This document shows positions 12,094 through 24,950 of a DNA stretch of 64,000 nucleotides, in pieces. Source of the stretch: Leucoraja ocellata (Eukaryota). The stretch is taken from assembly GCA_036785375.1 (NCBI GenBank), contig JAWMAR010000402.1:744001-808000 (forward strand). The letters are read 5' to 3'. Below the pieces are notes generated by a model, which saw only the letters and a program-made list of their open reading frames with translations, was not told where the DNA came from and did no database searches. Made by a program: the position numbers and the translations under genes. Position 1 is the stretch's first letter; each line of letters begins with the position of its first letter.

Positions 12094-12320
12094 TGCCCCT
12101 GTCCCACTTAAGAAACCTGAACGGAAACCTCTGGAGACTTTACGCCCCACCCAAGGTTTCTGTGCGGTTCCCGGAGGTTGCACGTGGTTGCCGGAGGTTG
12201 CAGGTAGTGGAAGCAGGTAGGGAGACTGACAAAAAACCTCCGGGAACCGCACGGAAACCTTGGGTGGGGCGCAAAGTCTCCAGAGGTTTCCGTTCAGGTT
12301 TCCTAAGTGGGACAGGGGCA
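12094..12320. mobile_element. PIF/Harbinger-type MITE, 227 bp
   Basis: Near-perfect ~85-bp TIRs (tgcccctgtcccactta...taagtgggacaggggca) and a TAA target-site duplication. Confidence 0.9.
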
Positions 12321-12497
12321 TAAAGGTGTTATTCTGGCTGGAGGTCTGTGACCAGAGAGTTCTGCAAGGATCTATGCTGGTACCTCTGTTTGTTATATAT
12401 ATAAACAACTTGGGTATAAATGAAAGTTGATTGATTAGTAAGTTTGCAAATGATTCCAAAGTTAGTGGAGTTGCGGGCAGCGATGAAGGCTGTAAAA

Positions 12498-13265
12498 ATA
12501 TCATAATCATAATTATAATCATAATCATACTTTATTAGCCAAGTATGTTTTGCAACAAATGAGGAATTAGATTTGCCATACAGTCAAACCAATAAAAAGC
12601 AACAGAATACACAAAATATATTTTAACATAAGCATCCACCACAGTGACTCCTCCACTGTGATGGAAGGCGAAAAAAAGTTCAATATCTTCCCTTCTTTGT
12701 TCCCCCATGGCCAGGGACCTCGAGCTTTCCGTTGACGGGGTGATCTTGACTCCTGTAGCGGGCAGTCGGGCTTTTCGTGTCGGAGCGATCAAGCTCCTGC
12801 ATCAGGGGAGAATATCAGCTCCCCCGCGCCAGGTGATCCAACCATGGGTCGGGGCTGGTCGAAACCTTCTGCGTCATTTGGAGCTTCCCGACATCGGTCT
12901 CTACCCGAGACTGCGAGCTCCTCGATGGTGAAAACCGCAGGCCGTGGTTGGAGCGTTGATCCCAGGCAAGGGATTGCAGGCTCCGATGTTAAGTCCACGT
13001 CAGCGTGGTGGGGCTTAAAGTCAGTCCCAAGTAAGGTCTCCAGCTCCATGATGTTAGGCCGCAGAGCAACTGGAGATATGATCCGGAAAACAACCGCATC
13101 TCCGGCAAGGTAACAGCTTGAAAAAAGTTTCCCCCGACCCCCTCCCCTATCCCCCACATAGAACAAACCAGAGAACTTTAACACATACTTCTAAAACACA
13201 CTAAAAATAACAAAAAAAAGACGAAAAGACAGACACGCTGTTGGAGAGGCTGCCATCGTGCGGCA
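12498..13265 (-). mobile_element. Non-autonomous LINE-derived retroposon (GC-rich body)
   Basis: Rex-like 3' end (gcaaaacatacttggctaataaagt) and a (gattat)n tail; the same 3' end recurs at 26190-26345; no credible ORF. Confidence 0.55.
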
Positions 13266-14711
13266 TTCCCTTGGTGGTAGAATGGTGGTATACAGTGAGA
13301 TAAAGATCAGCTGCAAAAATGTTGCACTTTGGGAGGTTGAATGTAAAATCTCTGGGGCGGAAATCGCTATCAAAACATAGGAGGGACACAATTTGAGGGG
13401 GACACCATTTCTTGGTGGCCACGCACACGCGCATGCGCGCGCACACACACGCAAAGCTTTGGAGGCTTCAGCCGTGGGCCCTGTGCTGTGGATGGTAACA
13501 TCGGGAGCTGACCTGGTTGGTGACCAACTCCAACAACAGCAGCTTAGTCCGTCCCGAATCGTGGGGCTTGATTGGGGATGGGGGGGGGGGGGGGGGGGGG
13601 AGGAGAGAGAGAGGAAAAAAGTACTAAATAACGTGTGACCATGAATGAGGGACTTACCTGCAATCCAGCCAGGAAACCCATTCAAACCCGAAACCCTTAA
13701 TGACCTGACCCGTTTAAATCCGATACCCATTTAAATCTTTCCCATCCACCAATACATCCAATTAGTTCAAATGGTAATTGTCCTCGCATCAGACAACTTT
13801 ACGGAATTCGCCATGAATACCTTCAGTAATACTTGAAGGTCAAAACACAATTGGAGACACATTATGTTAATACGATGTTAATAGTGTAATTTAACAAGTG
13901 CTTAATCGTGACTCCCCCACTGTCTCGCGGAAAGCAGAGATTTTAATCGTTTTTTTTCACCGAAATTCAATATCCGGATTACAAAACATGTCCCCCCACC
14001 TCTCAAAACATGGGAGCGAAGCTCTCTTTAAGATCAGAGAGGCAATGTTTAAAGGAGAGGCGCAGGGCAAATCTTTTTTACACATGGAGTGGTAGACGCC
14101 TGGAATGTGCTGTCTGGAGAGGAGGTGTAGGCAGATATGATAGCGGCATTTAAGGAGTGTTTAGAAATGCAGGGAATTGGGAGATTTGTGTCACGTGCAG
14201 GCAGTGAATATTATTTTAACCTGGCATCAAGTTCTGCATGGTCATTCTGGCAAAGGGTCTGTTCCTGTGCTGTATGTACTGTTCTATGTGTGAAAGACTA
14301 AATAAAAATATGCAGAAAGTCCACCTGGTTTTAGGCTTTATCATAAAAATATTTAAATAAACTAACACCAAAAATTACCACCTTATGAATAAAAATGATT
14401 TACTTCATTATTTTTGAATTTTTTAAATATGTTCATCACAAAAGAAACTAATGAACATATGCTGTGTCCATTTGAATTCTTCCCTATTTTGTTTCAAATT
14501 TCAATGGCTGGAACGGGTAGGCCTTACGGATTGTATAACAGATTAATTAACATATTATCAATGTCGCAGCTGACCCATTGTTATTCTCAAGTAGTGCAGT
14601 GCATACATTTCCATTTTAGTGCTTTGTTACAAGTGTAGCAACACTGCACTTTAAAATAATATGACTGTAAACTGAAGGAATGAAGTAAGTTTAAAAAAAG
14701 ATTGTATTTAC

Positions 14712-15272
14712 CTTCACAAAGTTTCTGTTTCATTATTTCTCTAATTCTGGATATTCCAGTGTAATCCTTCACATGGAAAACATAAGTGGATGATGGCTTA
14801 TTGGCAATTGTTTGAAGTTCTGTGTCTTCTATTTCCTGACCAACTCCAATTGCAAATAATATAATTTTCTTTTTCCTTGCTGCTTCTGCTGATTCCTTCA
14901 CATCATCCTGGGATCTTCCATCCGTAAGTACAATTGCTACTTTGGTAACGGCATTAACAGCCCTGGTTGAGGTAGCAAACACATTATCAACTCCAAATGT
15001 TATGGCTTTTCCCGTTCTGGTGTTTCCACCCCTATATAAGATTGTTTCCATTGCTTCCATCAAGTCTTCATTGGACCTATGTTGTTCCAATAGGATTTCT
15101 AGCACAGGATCATCACTATATTGTACAACACCAACTTGTGTAAATGAAGTCCCTATTTCAAAACTGCTGGATATGTTAATAATCCAGTTTTTGACTATTT
15201 CAAAATTATCTGGTCCGACACTGAAGGAACCATCCAAAATAAAAACTAGGTCATTTGGAGCAGTTCTGCAGC
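14712..15272 (-). CDS. COL21A1: COL21A1 exon encoding the whole vWA domain
   Basis: ttctAG|(S)CRTAPNDLVFILDGSFSVG...VLTDGRSQDDV...KQKLCE|GTAAAT; 561 nt, phase 1-1; intact MIDAS motif DxSxS. Confidence 0.96.
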
Positions 15273-15587
15273 CTAGAAGAAAAATAAATATATAACTACT
15301 AAAAATAAATAAAATGCATATTCTGCAGTACAGAATCAACATTATGAATTTCACAATAATTTTACAGTAATTTTTAAGATTTGAAGTTTTACACAGTTGT
15401 TAACTAAAAGATTACACCTGGTTTATATATTATAACTATGCTGGTTGGCCATAGTAGATGTGAATTTCTAAACTGAAAATCGCAAATCTTTTTTGTAAAA
15501 CATATAATCAGGCATTTCGTACTTTCAAAATCTTAAAACCTTTACAGTAATACTCAAAATTAAGGTTTACAAGTATAAATCAAAATT

Positions 15588-15725
15588 AGAGAGGATCTAT
15601 AACATAGATCCTCTCTAAAGAAGGGTCTCTGAAGAAGGGTCTTGACCCAAAACGTCACCCATTCCTTCTCTACAGAAATGCTATCTGTCCCGCTGAGTTA
15701 CTCCAACTTTTTGTGTCTATCTTCA
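15588..15725 (+). repeat. Penelope terminal-repeat fragment preceded by a 13-bp-stem hairpin
   Basis: agagaggatctat-aac-atagatcctctct, then ctgaagaagggtcttgacccaaaacgtcaccc... Confidence 0.65.
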
Positions 15726-15927
15726 TATATAACAAAGAAACTGATTGGCATTCATAAAGGTACATTAATAGACTAGTAATGGTCAATGATTATTTTTCTA
15801 AAGGGTCATTATTACAATATTCCATAGTACACAATGCCCAAGGACATTGTGTTTCACTGAATTGGTATTGTGTTCTCAAAGGCTTTTCTTGCCATCATTG
15901 TAGACCAGGCAAAAGAAATAGTCTGTT

Positions 15928-16100
15928 TAAGAAGGAACTGCAGATGCTGGAAAATCGAAGGTAGACAAAAATGCTGGAGAAACTCAGCGGGTGAGGCAGC
16001 ATCTATGGAGCGAAGGAAATAGGCAACGTTTCGGGCCGAAACCCTTCTTCAGACTCAGACCAGTCTCATCCGCTTAGTTTCCCCAGCATTTTTGTCTACC
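15928..16100 (-). mobile_element. Short Penelope-derived insertion with target-site duplication
   Basis: Flanked by aaagaaatagtctgtt and aaagaaacagtctgtt. Partial inverted tail; intact CTGAAGAAGGGTTTCGGCCCGAAACGTT on the minus strand at 16025-16052. Confidence 0.8.
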
Positions 16101-17774
16101 CAAAGAAACAGTCTGTTCATCAGCCATTAATTCTGTTTCTGGAATTGGTTTGTGGGAGGATTTTTAGCAGCAGATTGGGAAGGGACGTGGGATAGGTGGG
16201 GGTTGTGATAGTCTGCAGAAATCAGGTGGGTATCTGAGAGCAGTGTGGAATGGAGATGTTGCAGGGCTGCAATTCAGTTGGGCAAATGGCATAGTGCTGG
16301 GGACACAGGGCCAGTTAGTGGATTGGTGGAGTTAAAAGTTGGGGGACTTGAGGGAAAGACCCCACAATAGGAAAGTATTTGACGTGAACAAAGTCTACAT
16401 GAGAAGGTATCTAAATACCACAAACTGAGAACTTTTTGACATTGTCTATCACAACTGCACAACTGCTTCTGCATTTTCATTATCTGTAGGAATTGTTTAT
16501 GCCATCTTCTTATGTCAGTCAAAATCAAGCAGATCAATTCTTGGAAGAGAAAACCTGACAAGTTGCATTTAGGGGAAGAAACAAATTCCAGTGGCAAGTG
16601 AGGGTCAGCACTTTACTGAAGTTTGGGAGAGTGGGAAAGATGCAGATGCTGCATAGAATAGGATGGATAGAAGAGAAATTGGGGTTAGAGCATTAGGGAG
16701 TAGTCAAAGGTTGGGCGTGCAATCAGATGGAGACATTGAATAAGGGCTGATGTCTGGGATACCAGTCCAGGTACATGATTGGAATGGCAATGGTGATTGG
16801 GGGAGGTTGGGTTGTTGGCTCGATATGTAATAGGCAGCCTTTGGATATTGCCATATTGAGACAATAACCCAACCTCACCCTATCATCATTGCCATTCCAA
16901 TCATGTATCTGAACTGGTAGGATATTGCCAAGTAAGTTGCTGGGCAAGGTTGCTGAAAGAAAACACCAAGGGAAATACTTAAAGGACAACCTACCTACAT
17001 TGTAATATCTCAGACTCCATGACTGTGAACTAGGTAAGTCAAACATTCCTCAAATATCCAGTTGCACCCTGCTTCATTCAGAATATGTCCTGGAAGTCAT
17101 AATACTATTTTACACAGATGTGCACTGCAGCCATTTGAGGACTTCACATGCTTGGTGGTTTCCATGTCTTCTATACATTGAGAGGCCAGATTGAATTTGT
17201 AGAAGTGAGGTACAACAAATGAAATGTAAACTGGTTTTAAATAAAATTAAATTGCATTTTCCGACCAATTTTTCTGACAAGGTATGATTGCAAAGTGTAA
17301 GAGGCATTTAGACAACACATGGGCAGGCAGTGAATAAAATGATGCAAAGTGTAAGAGGCATTTAGTCAACCACATGGACAGCCAGATGGGATTATTTAGA
17401 CTGGTATCATAGTTGTGGCAGACATGGTGGCTGAAGGACCTGTTTCTATGCTAGGTTAAAATGTTTTTCTTTCAGTGCAGAATTTTAAAATTATATGATG
17501 GTTCATAAACATAGAGCGAATATTTCCAGTTGTGAGATTCCAACTAAAGGGACCAACAATATAAGGGCCTAAAAAAAATCCAAAAGGGAATTCAAGAGAA
17601 ACTTAACCTAAACAATTGAATATGGAACTTTCATCTGTACAGGATACTTGAGGTGAAAGGCACGTGCCTTTAAGGGAAATTAGTTAAGAAAAACTAGATA
17701 AATACATGAGGGAAATGGAATTAAGATATAGAGACACGCATAGTTGAGGTCAAATGAAGAAAACTTTCCAGAAG

Positions 17775-18035
17775 AACGGAGACGAGGAACCACTTTTTCT
17801 CACAGAGAGTTGTGAGTCTGTGGAATTCTCTGCGGCAGAGGGCAGTGGAGGCAGGTTCTCTGGATTCTTTCAAGGGAGAGCTAGATAGAGCTCTTAAAAA
17901 TAGCGGAGTCAGGGGATATGGGGAGAAGGCAGGAACGGGGTACTGATTGGGGATGATCAGCCATGATCACATTAAATGGAGGTGCTGGCTCGAAGGGCTG
18001 AATGGCCTACTCCTGCACCTATTTTCTATTGTCTA
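17775..18035 (+). mobile_element. CR1 LINE 3' end
   Basis: cagagagttgtgagtctgtggaattctctg... and the conserved 3' UTR. Confidence 0.8.
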
Positions 18036-19498
18036 ATAAACACTGGAACAGGATATCTGTTCAAAATGGTTTGTTTCTATGCTGTTAGTTCTTCGCTGTT
18101 CTATGTAATTATGTATTTGAATAAAAAACACGGATCAGTGGTTTGCCCTGATCTTCTATCACTACACCACTATCAACAAGGCTTCCATTGAATATTATTG
18201 AATCCATTGTGGCATGTTGGCCAAGAAATTTAAGACAATTTTGTTTGCATCAATGTCAAGAATATAACGGATACTAGTATAAATGTTTCTGTTGTTGTGC
18301 CCGGGATTGTAGTAACACTGAGCACAACCCAGGTAAGGACAAAGAAAAGAATCTCTCCTATTTTATTACTAATATGAAGATTTGCTCAGCCATATTAGAT
18401 ACACTTGCTACACTCCTTTGACATTTTTCTCTATGTGCTATAATTAGTTGAAGTTCAAAATGTAAGAACACGTTCTCTACAATTTTCGTATAATTATAAC
18501 ATAATAACCATATAACCATATAACAATTACAGCACGGAAACAGGCCATCTCGGCCCTACAAGTCCATGCCGAACAAATGTTTTTTCCCCTTAGTCCCACC
18601 TGCCTGCACTCATACCATAACCCTCCATTCCCTTCTCATCCATATGCCTATCCAATTTATTTTTAAATGATACCAATGAACCTGCCTCCACCACTTCCAC
18701 TGGAAGCTCATTCCACACCATAATGGCCATACTTAATCCTGCTTAACAAAAATATTGCTCCTTGGTTTGATTAAAGTTCCTTTCCAGAGTTTATCTCTAT
18801 GAGGCCGCTGAGATGGATATGTAGGACGTGCCAAACAATAGTCTTTTCCTGGGGACCTATGATCTTTAGGAATTTGATTGTGATAGCCAACAAAAAATTT
18901 AATATGTTGTTCGTTGGCATGCATGCAAACATATTGGAAAACGATACACTTCTAGCTTAGAATTTTCTTCTTATTTGAACAAAAAAAGATGAGGCCTCCA
19001 GATGCATAATTTATTCTTAAAAATAGTGGCCAATGTACTCAAGCTGCAAATATAATAAAATAGTTCTGCTTTAAATTCACATCAGGTCTGTTGTTATCTT
19101 AAAAGAAGAGAAATAGGATATCTCTTGTAATATTTTTGATGTGAAGGCCTGGTTTTGTAAATCAGATGAAACAGTGAGGTAAACCAAGTCAGCAAATTAG
19201 TGCATTGGGAGAGAAAGGCAGCAGGAATGCATGGCAGACAAGTTTTAAGCTTTTAGACTGAGGCTGCTGAAGTTCCTCTCAGAAGAAGAAAGAGACCATG
19301 ATAACAATCTTCTTTCTTGAGTCAGGTACTGATGCTGTTGCTGGCCTGTCACCTGCTCGGGAAGCCCTTTTTGCAATGCACAGATGCAGGCCTCACAGAC
19401 ACTGTGAGACACAAAGCATAAAGGTGTTTTGCTGTTACCAGTCTCATTCATGAATGCGACAATAAATTCAGAATAAAAAGAAAATATTGAGTTCTTAC

Positions 19499-19577
19499 TG
19501 GATCTTACGTCATCGTCCATAGCTGTACTGACTTCTTGTAGCAGCAGAAATAGAAAACTTTGCAGGACAAAATTCAT
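19499..19577 (-). CDS. COL21A1: COL21A1 first coding exon (signal peptide); acceptor at 19641
   Basis: ATG at 19577 gives MNFVLQSFLFLLLQEVSTAMDDDVRS+A|GTAAGA, which joins the vWA exon as VRSSCRTAP, as in recalled human COL21A1. Upstream acceptor is ttcttcatttcAG. Confidence 0.88.
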
Positions 19578-20279
19578 GTTTTTTTATGTTCAATACCACA
19601 TCATATGTTTTTAAAGTAGCTGTCCAGATGCACATTAAAAACTGAAATGAAGAAAAATGGCAAGTACTATGCAGTTTATATTCACATGAAGTAGCATCAT
19701 AAATGTTCTTTCATATATATAAGAAAATGTTTTTAGAATTTTCAACGCTGAATTATCTAATATATTTGTAATTGAAGCTGAAAGAAATTCAAAACACTGG
19801 AATTAATTTTTACTGAATATCACGTGTAAGTCCTGCAACTTCTTCCACCGGAAATTTATCCGGTGAAGAAATTAAGAAAATGGAATATGTTAAGACAACT
19901 CTGAACAATAACAGCATCACTAAGGACACAAAGTGCTGGAGTAACTCAGCAGGCCAGGCAGCCACCTTGGAGAACATGGATAGGTGACATTTCAGGTCGG
20001 GACACATCTTCAGTCTGAACTTTGTGTCATTCTTTGTAAATCAGCATCATTAGTTTCTTGTTTCTTGCAATATCACTTAGTTGCTTTTAATAAATCATGT
20101 GAGCCAATTTCCTTTGGTTATATTTTATATCTCTAATTATTACTCAAAATGTATAACTAATGTTAAAAAGCTCAGGGTGTCATCCACATTGTAAAGAGTA
20201 GATCTATTTTCATCCAGCCCCAGTCTATCTTTAAAGATCCTCATGTCTGTGGATGCCCAATAGGATTTACATCACCAGG

Positions 20280-22320
20280 ACCCTGTTGAACAGAGGGACC
20301 TAGGGGTAAAAGTAAATAGTTTTCTGAAAGCAGCACCATAGGTAGACTGGGTGATGAAGAAGGCATTTGGCACACTTACCTTCATTGGCCAGGGCACTGA
20401 ATACAGGAGTTGGTTCCTTATATTACAACATTATGTACATTGGGGAGTCCACACTTGGAGTACAAGAATGTCAATGTTGGAAAGAATGCAGAAAAGATTC
20501 ACAAGAACATTACTGGGACTGGAGGGCTTAAGTCATAAAGAGAGACTGGATAGCCTATGGCTTTAACTCCGGTGAATAAAAAGCTGAGGGGTGACCTGAG
20601 GTACATAAAATCATGAGGTGCACAGCTACGCATCATCTGCATCATCTTGGACTATTCTGCAGTAGTCAGGGATCACTGACCTTGGACACATACAAGGGCA
20701 CTTCTGTATGATCCAGTATGCATGTTCCTATTAGAGTGAAAGGCAACACAGCTACTGTGAATGGCCATCGTTTTTTTTCCCCCAGGGTAGGGGCATTTAG
20801 AACAAGCGGGCATAAATTTAAATTGAGAGGGGGAAAATATAAATGGGGCCTAGGGAACAACTTTTTCATACTGAGCTGCCAGAGGAAGAACAATTACAGG
20901 GTTTATGGGAGATTTGGAGAACTGCCTGCATCGGAAAGGTTTTGGAGGGATAGGGCAAAATGCAGCCAAATGAGACTAGTTCTGGTAGGCAACTAATTTG
21001 GCATGGACGAGTTGGCTGAATGCATGTTTCCATGCTGTATAAATAACTATTATTCTAGATTATTTCAATTGTCTCTAGATAGCAGGCCCATCTGATAATG
21101 ATCCAAAGTCGCAATAAGAGACAATCACCATGTGATGAATATTCACGATCCAGGCTCAAGAGGTTTATGACTAACCTCAATTTTTCAGCATAGCAACAGA
21201 AATTGTCCAAGGTGAATGAATGAATGAATGAATAGTTTATTAGGTTCGTTAATTAGGTTAGACTTCTAATACTGGTGGAAAACAACTCATTTCTAATGAT
21301 TACAGATGGCCATGTTGGACAATTACAAGCAGATTTAGGCCTCAATGTAGACTGCATCATCTTGGACTACCCTTCAGTAGTCAGGAGTCACTGACTGTGG
21401 GTACATGCAAGGGCACTGCTGTAGAACCAAGTATGCATGTTCCTTTTAGAGTGAAGGGCAACACAGGCTTTAGTAAGGAACCTTGGATGATAGGAATTGA
21501 AGCTTTGGCCAGCTGGGATCAAGTGTATTCCTGAAGGAGTATAGGCAATTGAGGAGCATACTTAAGGAAAGCAAAAAGCTCTGGCAGATAAGATTAAGGA
21601 GAATCCAGAGATTTTATAAATATAGTAACGGAAAAAAGGATAATTAGAGAAATAACAGGGTGCCTCGGAAACCAATGTGGTTATCTATGTGTGGAGATGC
21701 AGGAGAGGGACAAGGTCCTCAATGAAGATTTTGCCTCTGTTGTTTATGAGGAGAAAGGTATGAAGACTCAGGAACTTGACATATGATGAAAGAATGGGTC
21801 GACTGGGTTTGTATTCACTGGAATTTAGGATGAGAGATCTTATAGAAACATATAAAATTCTGAAAGGATTTGTTTAACTTGGCCATGTTTGGAATGGAAA
21901 TTGCAGGCCGAAGGACCTGTTCCTGTGCTGTACTGTTTTATGTATGAAGTTAGATAAATCTCCTGGGCTTAATCAACTATGTCCAAGGACATCATGGGAA
22001 ACTAGGCAAGAAATTGCTGGAGGCCCCGCTGAGGTATATGAATCATCATTAGAAACGCATGAGGTGCTGGAAGACTGGAGGATGTTAATTTTCTGCCAGT
22101 ATTTAAACCTTTGAACTATAGAACAGTAAGCCTAGCATCTGTGGTAGGAAAGTTACTGTTGAGGATTCTGCGGGATAATATATACTGTACACAGATTTGG
22201 AAAAATGGGAGTTCATTAGGGATAGTCAGCATGGTTTGTGTGTGGGAGATCGTGCCTCTTGTATTTGATTGAGTTTTTTTAAGAAGTAACCAAAAGGTTG
22301 ATAAGAGCAGTGTGCTAGTC
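20280..22320 (+). mobile_element. Old, fragmented CR1 relics
   Basis: KKAFGTLTFIGQGTEYRS and LERMQKRFTR motifs; degenerate kspgl and ggaaagttactg segments. Confidence 0.55.
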
Positions 22321-24741
22321 AACTAGAATTCCTCCCACCCTGCTACCTGGAAGGACTCTATTCCATAATCATAGTTTCCGTTTCCATTGCATCTGTTCTG
22401 ATGCTACCCTTCATACTAGTCTCCAGATATACCTTGCTTTATTGTGCTGTCCTCCTATTCAGAGCATGGACGGGGTTTCCATCGTAATCACCTTCTACCC
22501 TACGAACCTCCATAGTCAAAGGGCTATCCTCAGAAATTCCTCCAACACAATATCACCTCCAAATACATTTTCCCTGTCCTCCCCGCTCAACATTCTGAGG
22601 AATCATTCCACCAGGATACTCGGGCTCATACTTATATCCCCACAATACCTTTTCATAGCATACTGCACACAATTTCAGAATTTGTAACACCTCCCTTCCT
22701 ACTTTCCAGGGCCTCAAACCTTTTCCAGTACTAATGAAAAGTCATCTGCCCGAAACATTATTCTGCTTGTCCCTCCACAATTCTCCTTGTGTGTTTCCAG
22801 CATTTCTTGGTTTTATTTCAGATTCTCAAGCCATATTTTCCTTTATTGTTTAAATGAACTGATGTTCCATGTGAGCTTCAGCTTCTGGAAACGGAGGTCA
22901 GATTTTTCTGCTTACCACCCACTACATTATTCCTGAGACTAACTTCCAAAAATGTATATTCAGCCAATCCGTAGGGGATGCTTTGGCAAAGATTTCTGTC
23001 AATGATTAGCAATGTTGTAGGAGTTGTAGGAAACTCAAGAGAAACAGCAGGCATCTTCTGGAATCTTAATTTAGTCTCCCTGAAGATAAACAATTTCCCT
23101 ATTAATAGTTGTTTTTAGTATGTCCAGATGTACGTCAGAAAATATTATAAACAACAAGAAATAATGTATCATTCTTTTTGAGTCATTTAACAGTTACTTT
23201 ATTACACTGTAATAGTTGGAGCTGCACAAGTTAATTTCGCAGCCATGCAAATCGCTACCAGCTGTTTATAAATCCAATTTGACAAAAGTCTGATTCCTTG
23301 GAACCTTAAAAAATATTCCCTATAAAGTTATCCTTGCAAATTTTGAAATGTTACATTTTCTTCCAAAGCATTAAAACCCATTCTTAAAAATAAAATTAAT
23401 TAAAAAATCAGCTCATAAAACTATATTGAAGAACAAAGCACTGGTAAATATTTATGTATTGGACATTCGCAATATTTAAAACCTGATGAAATAGAAATGA
23501 TGGGCAATGTGACATTCTAAGATATTAGAAGTTTAAATAACTTGTTTTATTTTTAATGTTAATAGGGATACAATTAATAGTTAATTGAATAATCAGTGAG
23601 AACATTTATGAAAATTACTTAGCCATTAAATACTTGACATTTGACCTTCATAGGTATACTTATAGATTTTTATTTTCCTGATTAGGTAATTTTCAGACTG
23701 CCAAAATGCTCATCTACCGTCAAGATAATAATCTAACTTCAAACAGATTTCTGCAAAATTAACAAATTATTGGGATTGTCTGCCTGATCAGCATAATTAA
23801 CTTTTACAGCAATAATTCAAATATTATTAATGCATCAAATTACCCAAAGTTCCCAAATGCTTCCAATCATTAATAGGAATTTACAGATTCAGAACATATA
23901 TTCATTTGAACACCAAGTAACTTTCCTGTTTGTAACAAAATGGATCATTTATAATGATTTGATTTTTAACAATAATTATAATGTGCAATTTTAATGGATT
24001 GCTGAATAAATTATTAGGCATGACTATAACATTACCAGCAAATCATATGTCATAACTTTTTTTAATTCATTACTAATTACAATTATAAATAATTAATTAG
24101 TATGTGAGAGCAAGGCATAATCACATTTCAACCACAGAGCAAGTTTTGGAAATAGTTCAAATGTTCTTTAATGCATTGGCAGGTATTCTTTTAGTAATTA
24201 CATTTTTAAATCTTAACTTCACAAATTAATTAGAAGGCATTTAATCAATCCTCTGTGAATGTTATCATTTTTCAAATCATTCATTTGGATGTCACTAGCA
24301 TTTATTGTCCATTTTTAATTATCCCTGGGGCAACCTCAATGCTGGATCTGGAGCTTCATACAGGCAATCCCAGTTAAGGACAGCACATTTCCTTTCTAGA
24401 AATACATTGATGACCCAAATGTGTCACAATCACTTTCACTGCTAAATGGGCATTAAGCCAATGTTAAATGTAAATTGCTCATCTACCACAAACAGTATTC
24501 AAACATGTCTACAGACCAATTCTCTGGATGCTAATCCAGTAAGATAACTAATATTCCACCATATGTTAGCACCTATGTTTTCAAAGCATGCCCATCAGAA
24601 AATTAGATCAGAAAAGCAGAAAGCTTAATGATTTCTTACTTTCACCTTTTTATGAACTTACTTTAGCTACGCACAATTACATAGGTAGAAGTCAGTGACA
24701 ATGAAATGCATTACAGCATGCAGAGCCTGACAATATCTTAC

Positions 24742-24950
24742 CTTCCAGAGGAACTAACAGTAAATTTTCTACCAACTGCAAACTCTAAGTTGGAGGCATG
24801 GAATGATGTGTTAAAGTCTCTCGGCACAATCTTGATTCATTCTCACACTATTCCATGTGGATTTGGCAAACTTCCATTTGCCAACAGTCACACACGCAGC
24901 ATTAGAGAGGCGTATCTCTAAGGGAGAGATCTTGCATTTGGTATATTTAA
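24742..24950 (-). promoter_or_regulatory. Candidate COL21A1 non-coding exon 1 and core promoter
   Basis: Strong donor AAG|GTAAGA at 24742 and a TAAATATA element at ~24942-24949, within TE-poor unique sequence upstream of the first coding exon. Confidence 0.35.

Noticed and set aside
14587-15354. Stand-alone 255-aa vWA protein with a hydrophobic leader
   Set aside because: The apparent leader is the intron polypyrimidine tract; the real exon is 14712-15272.
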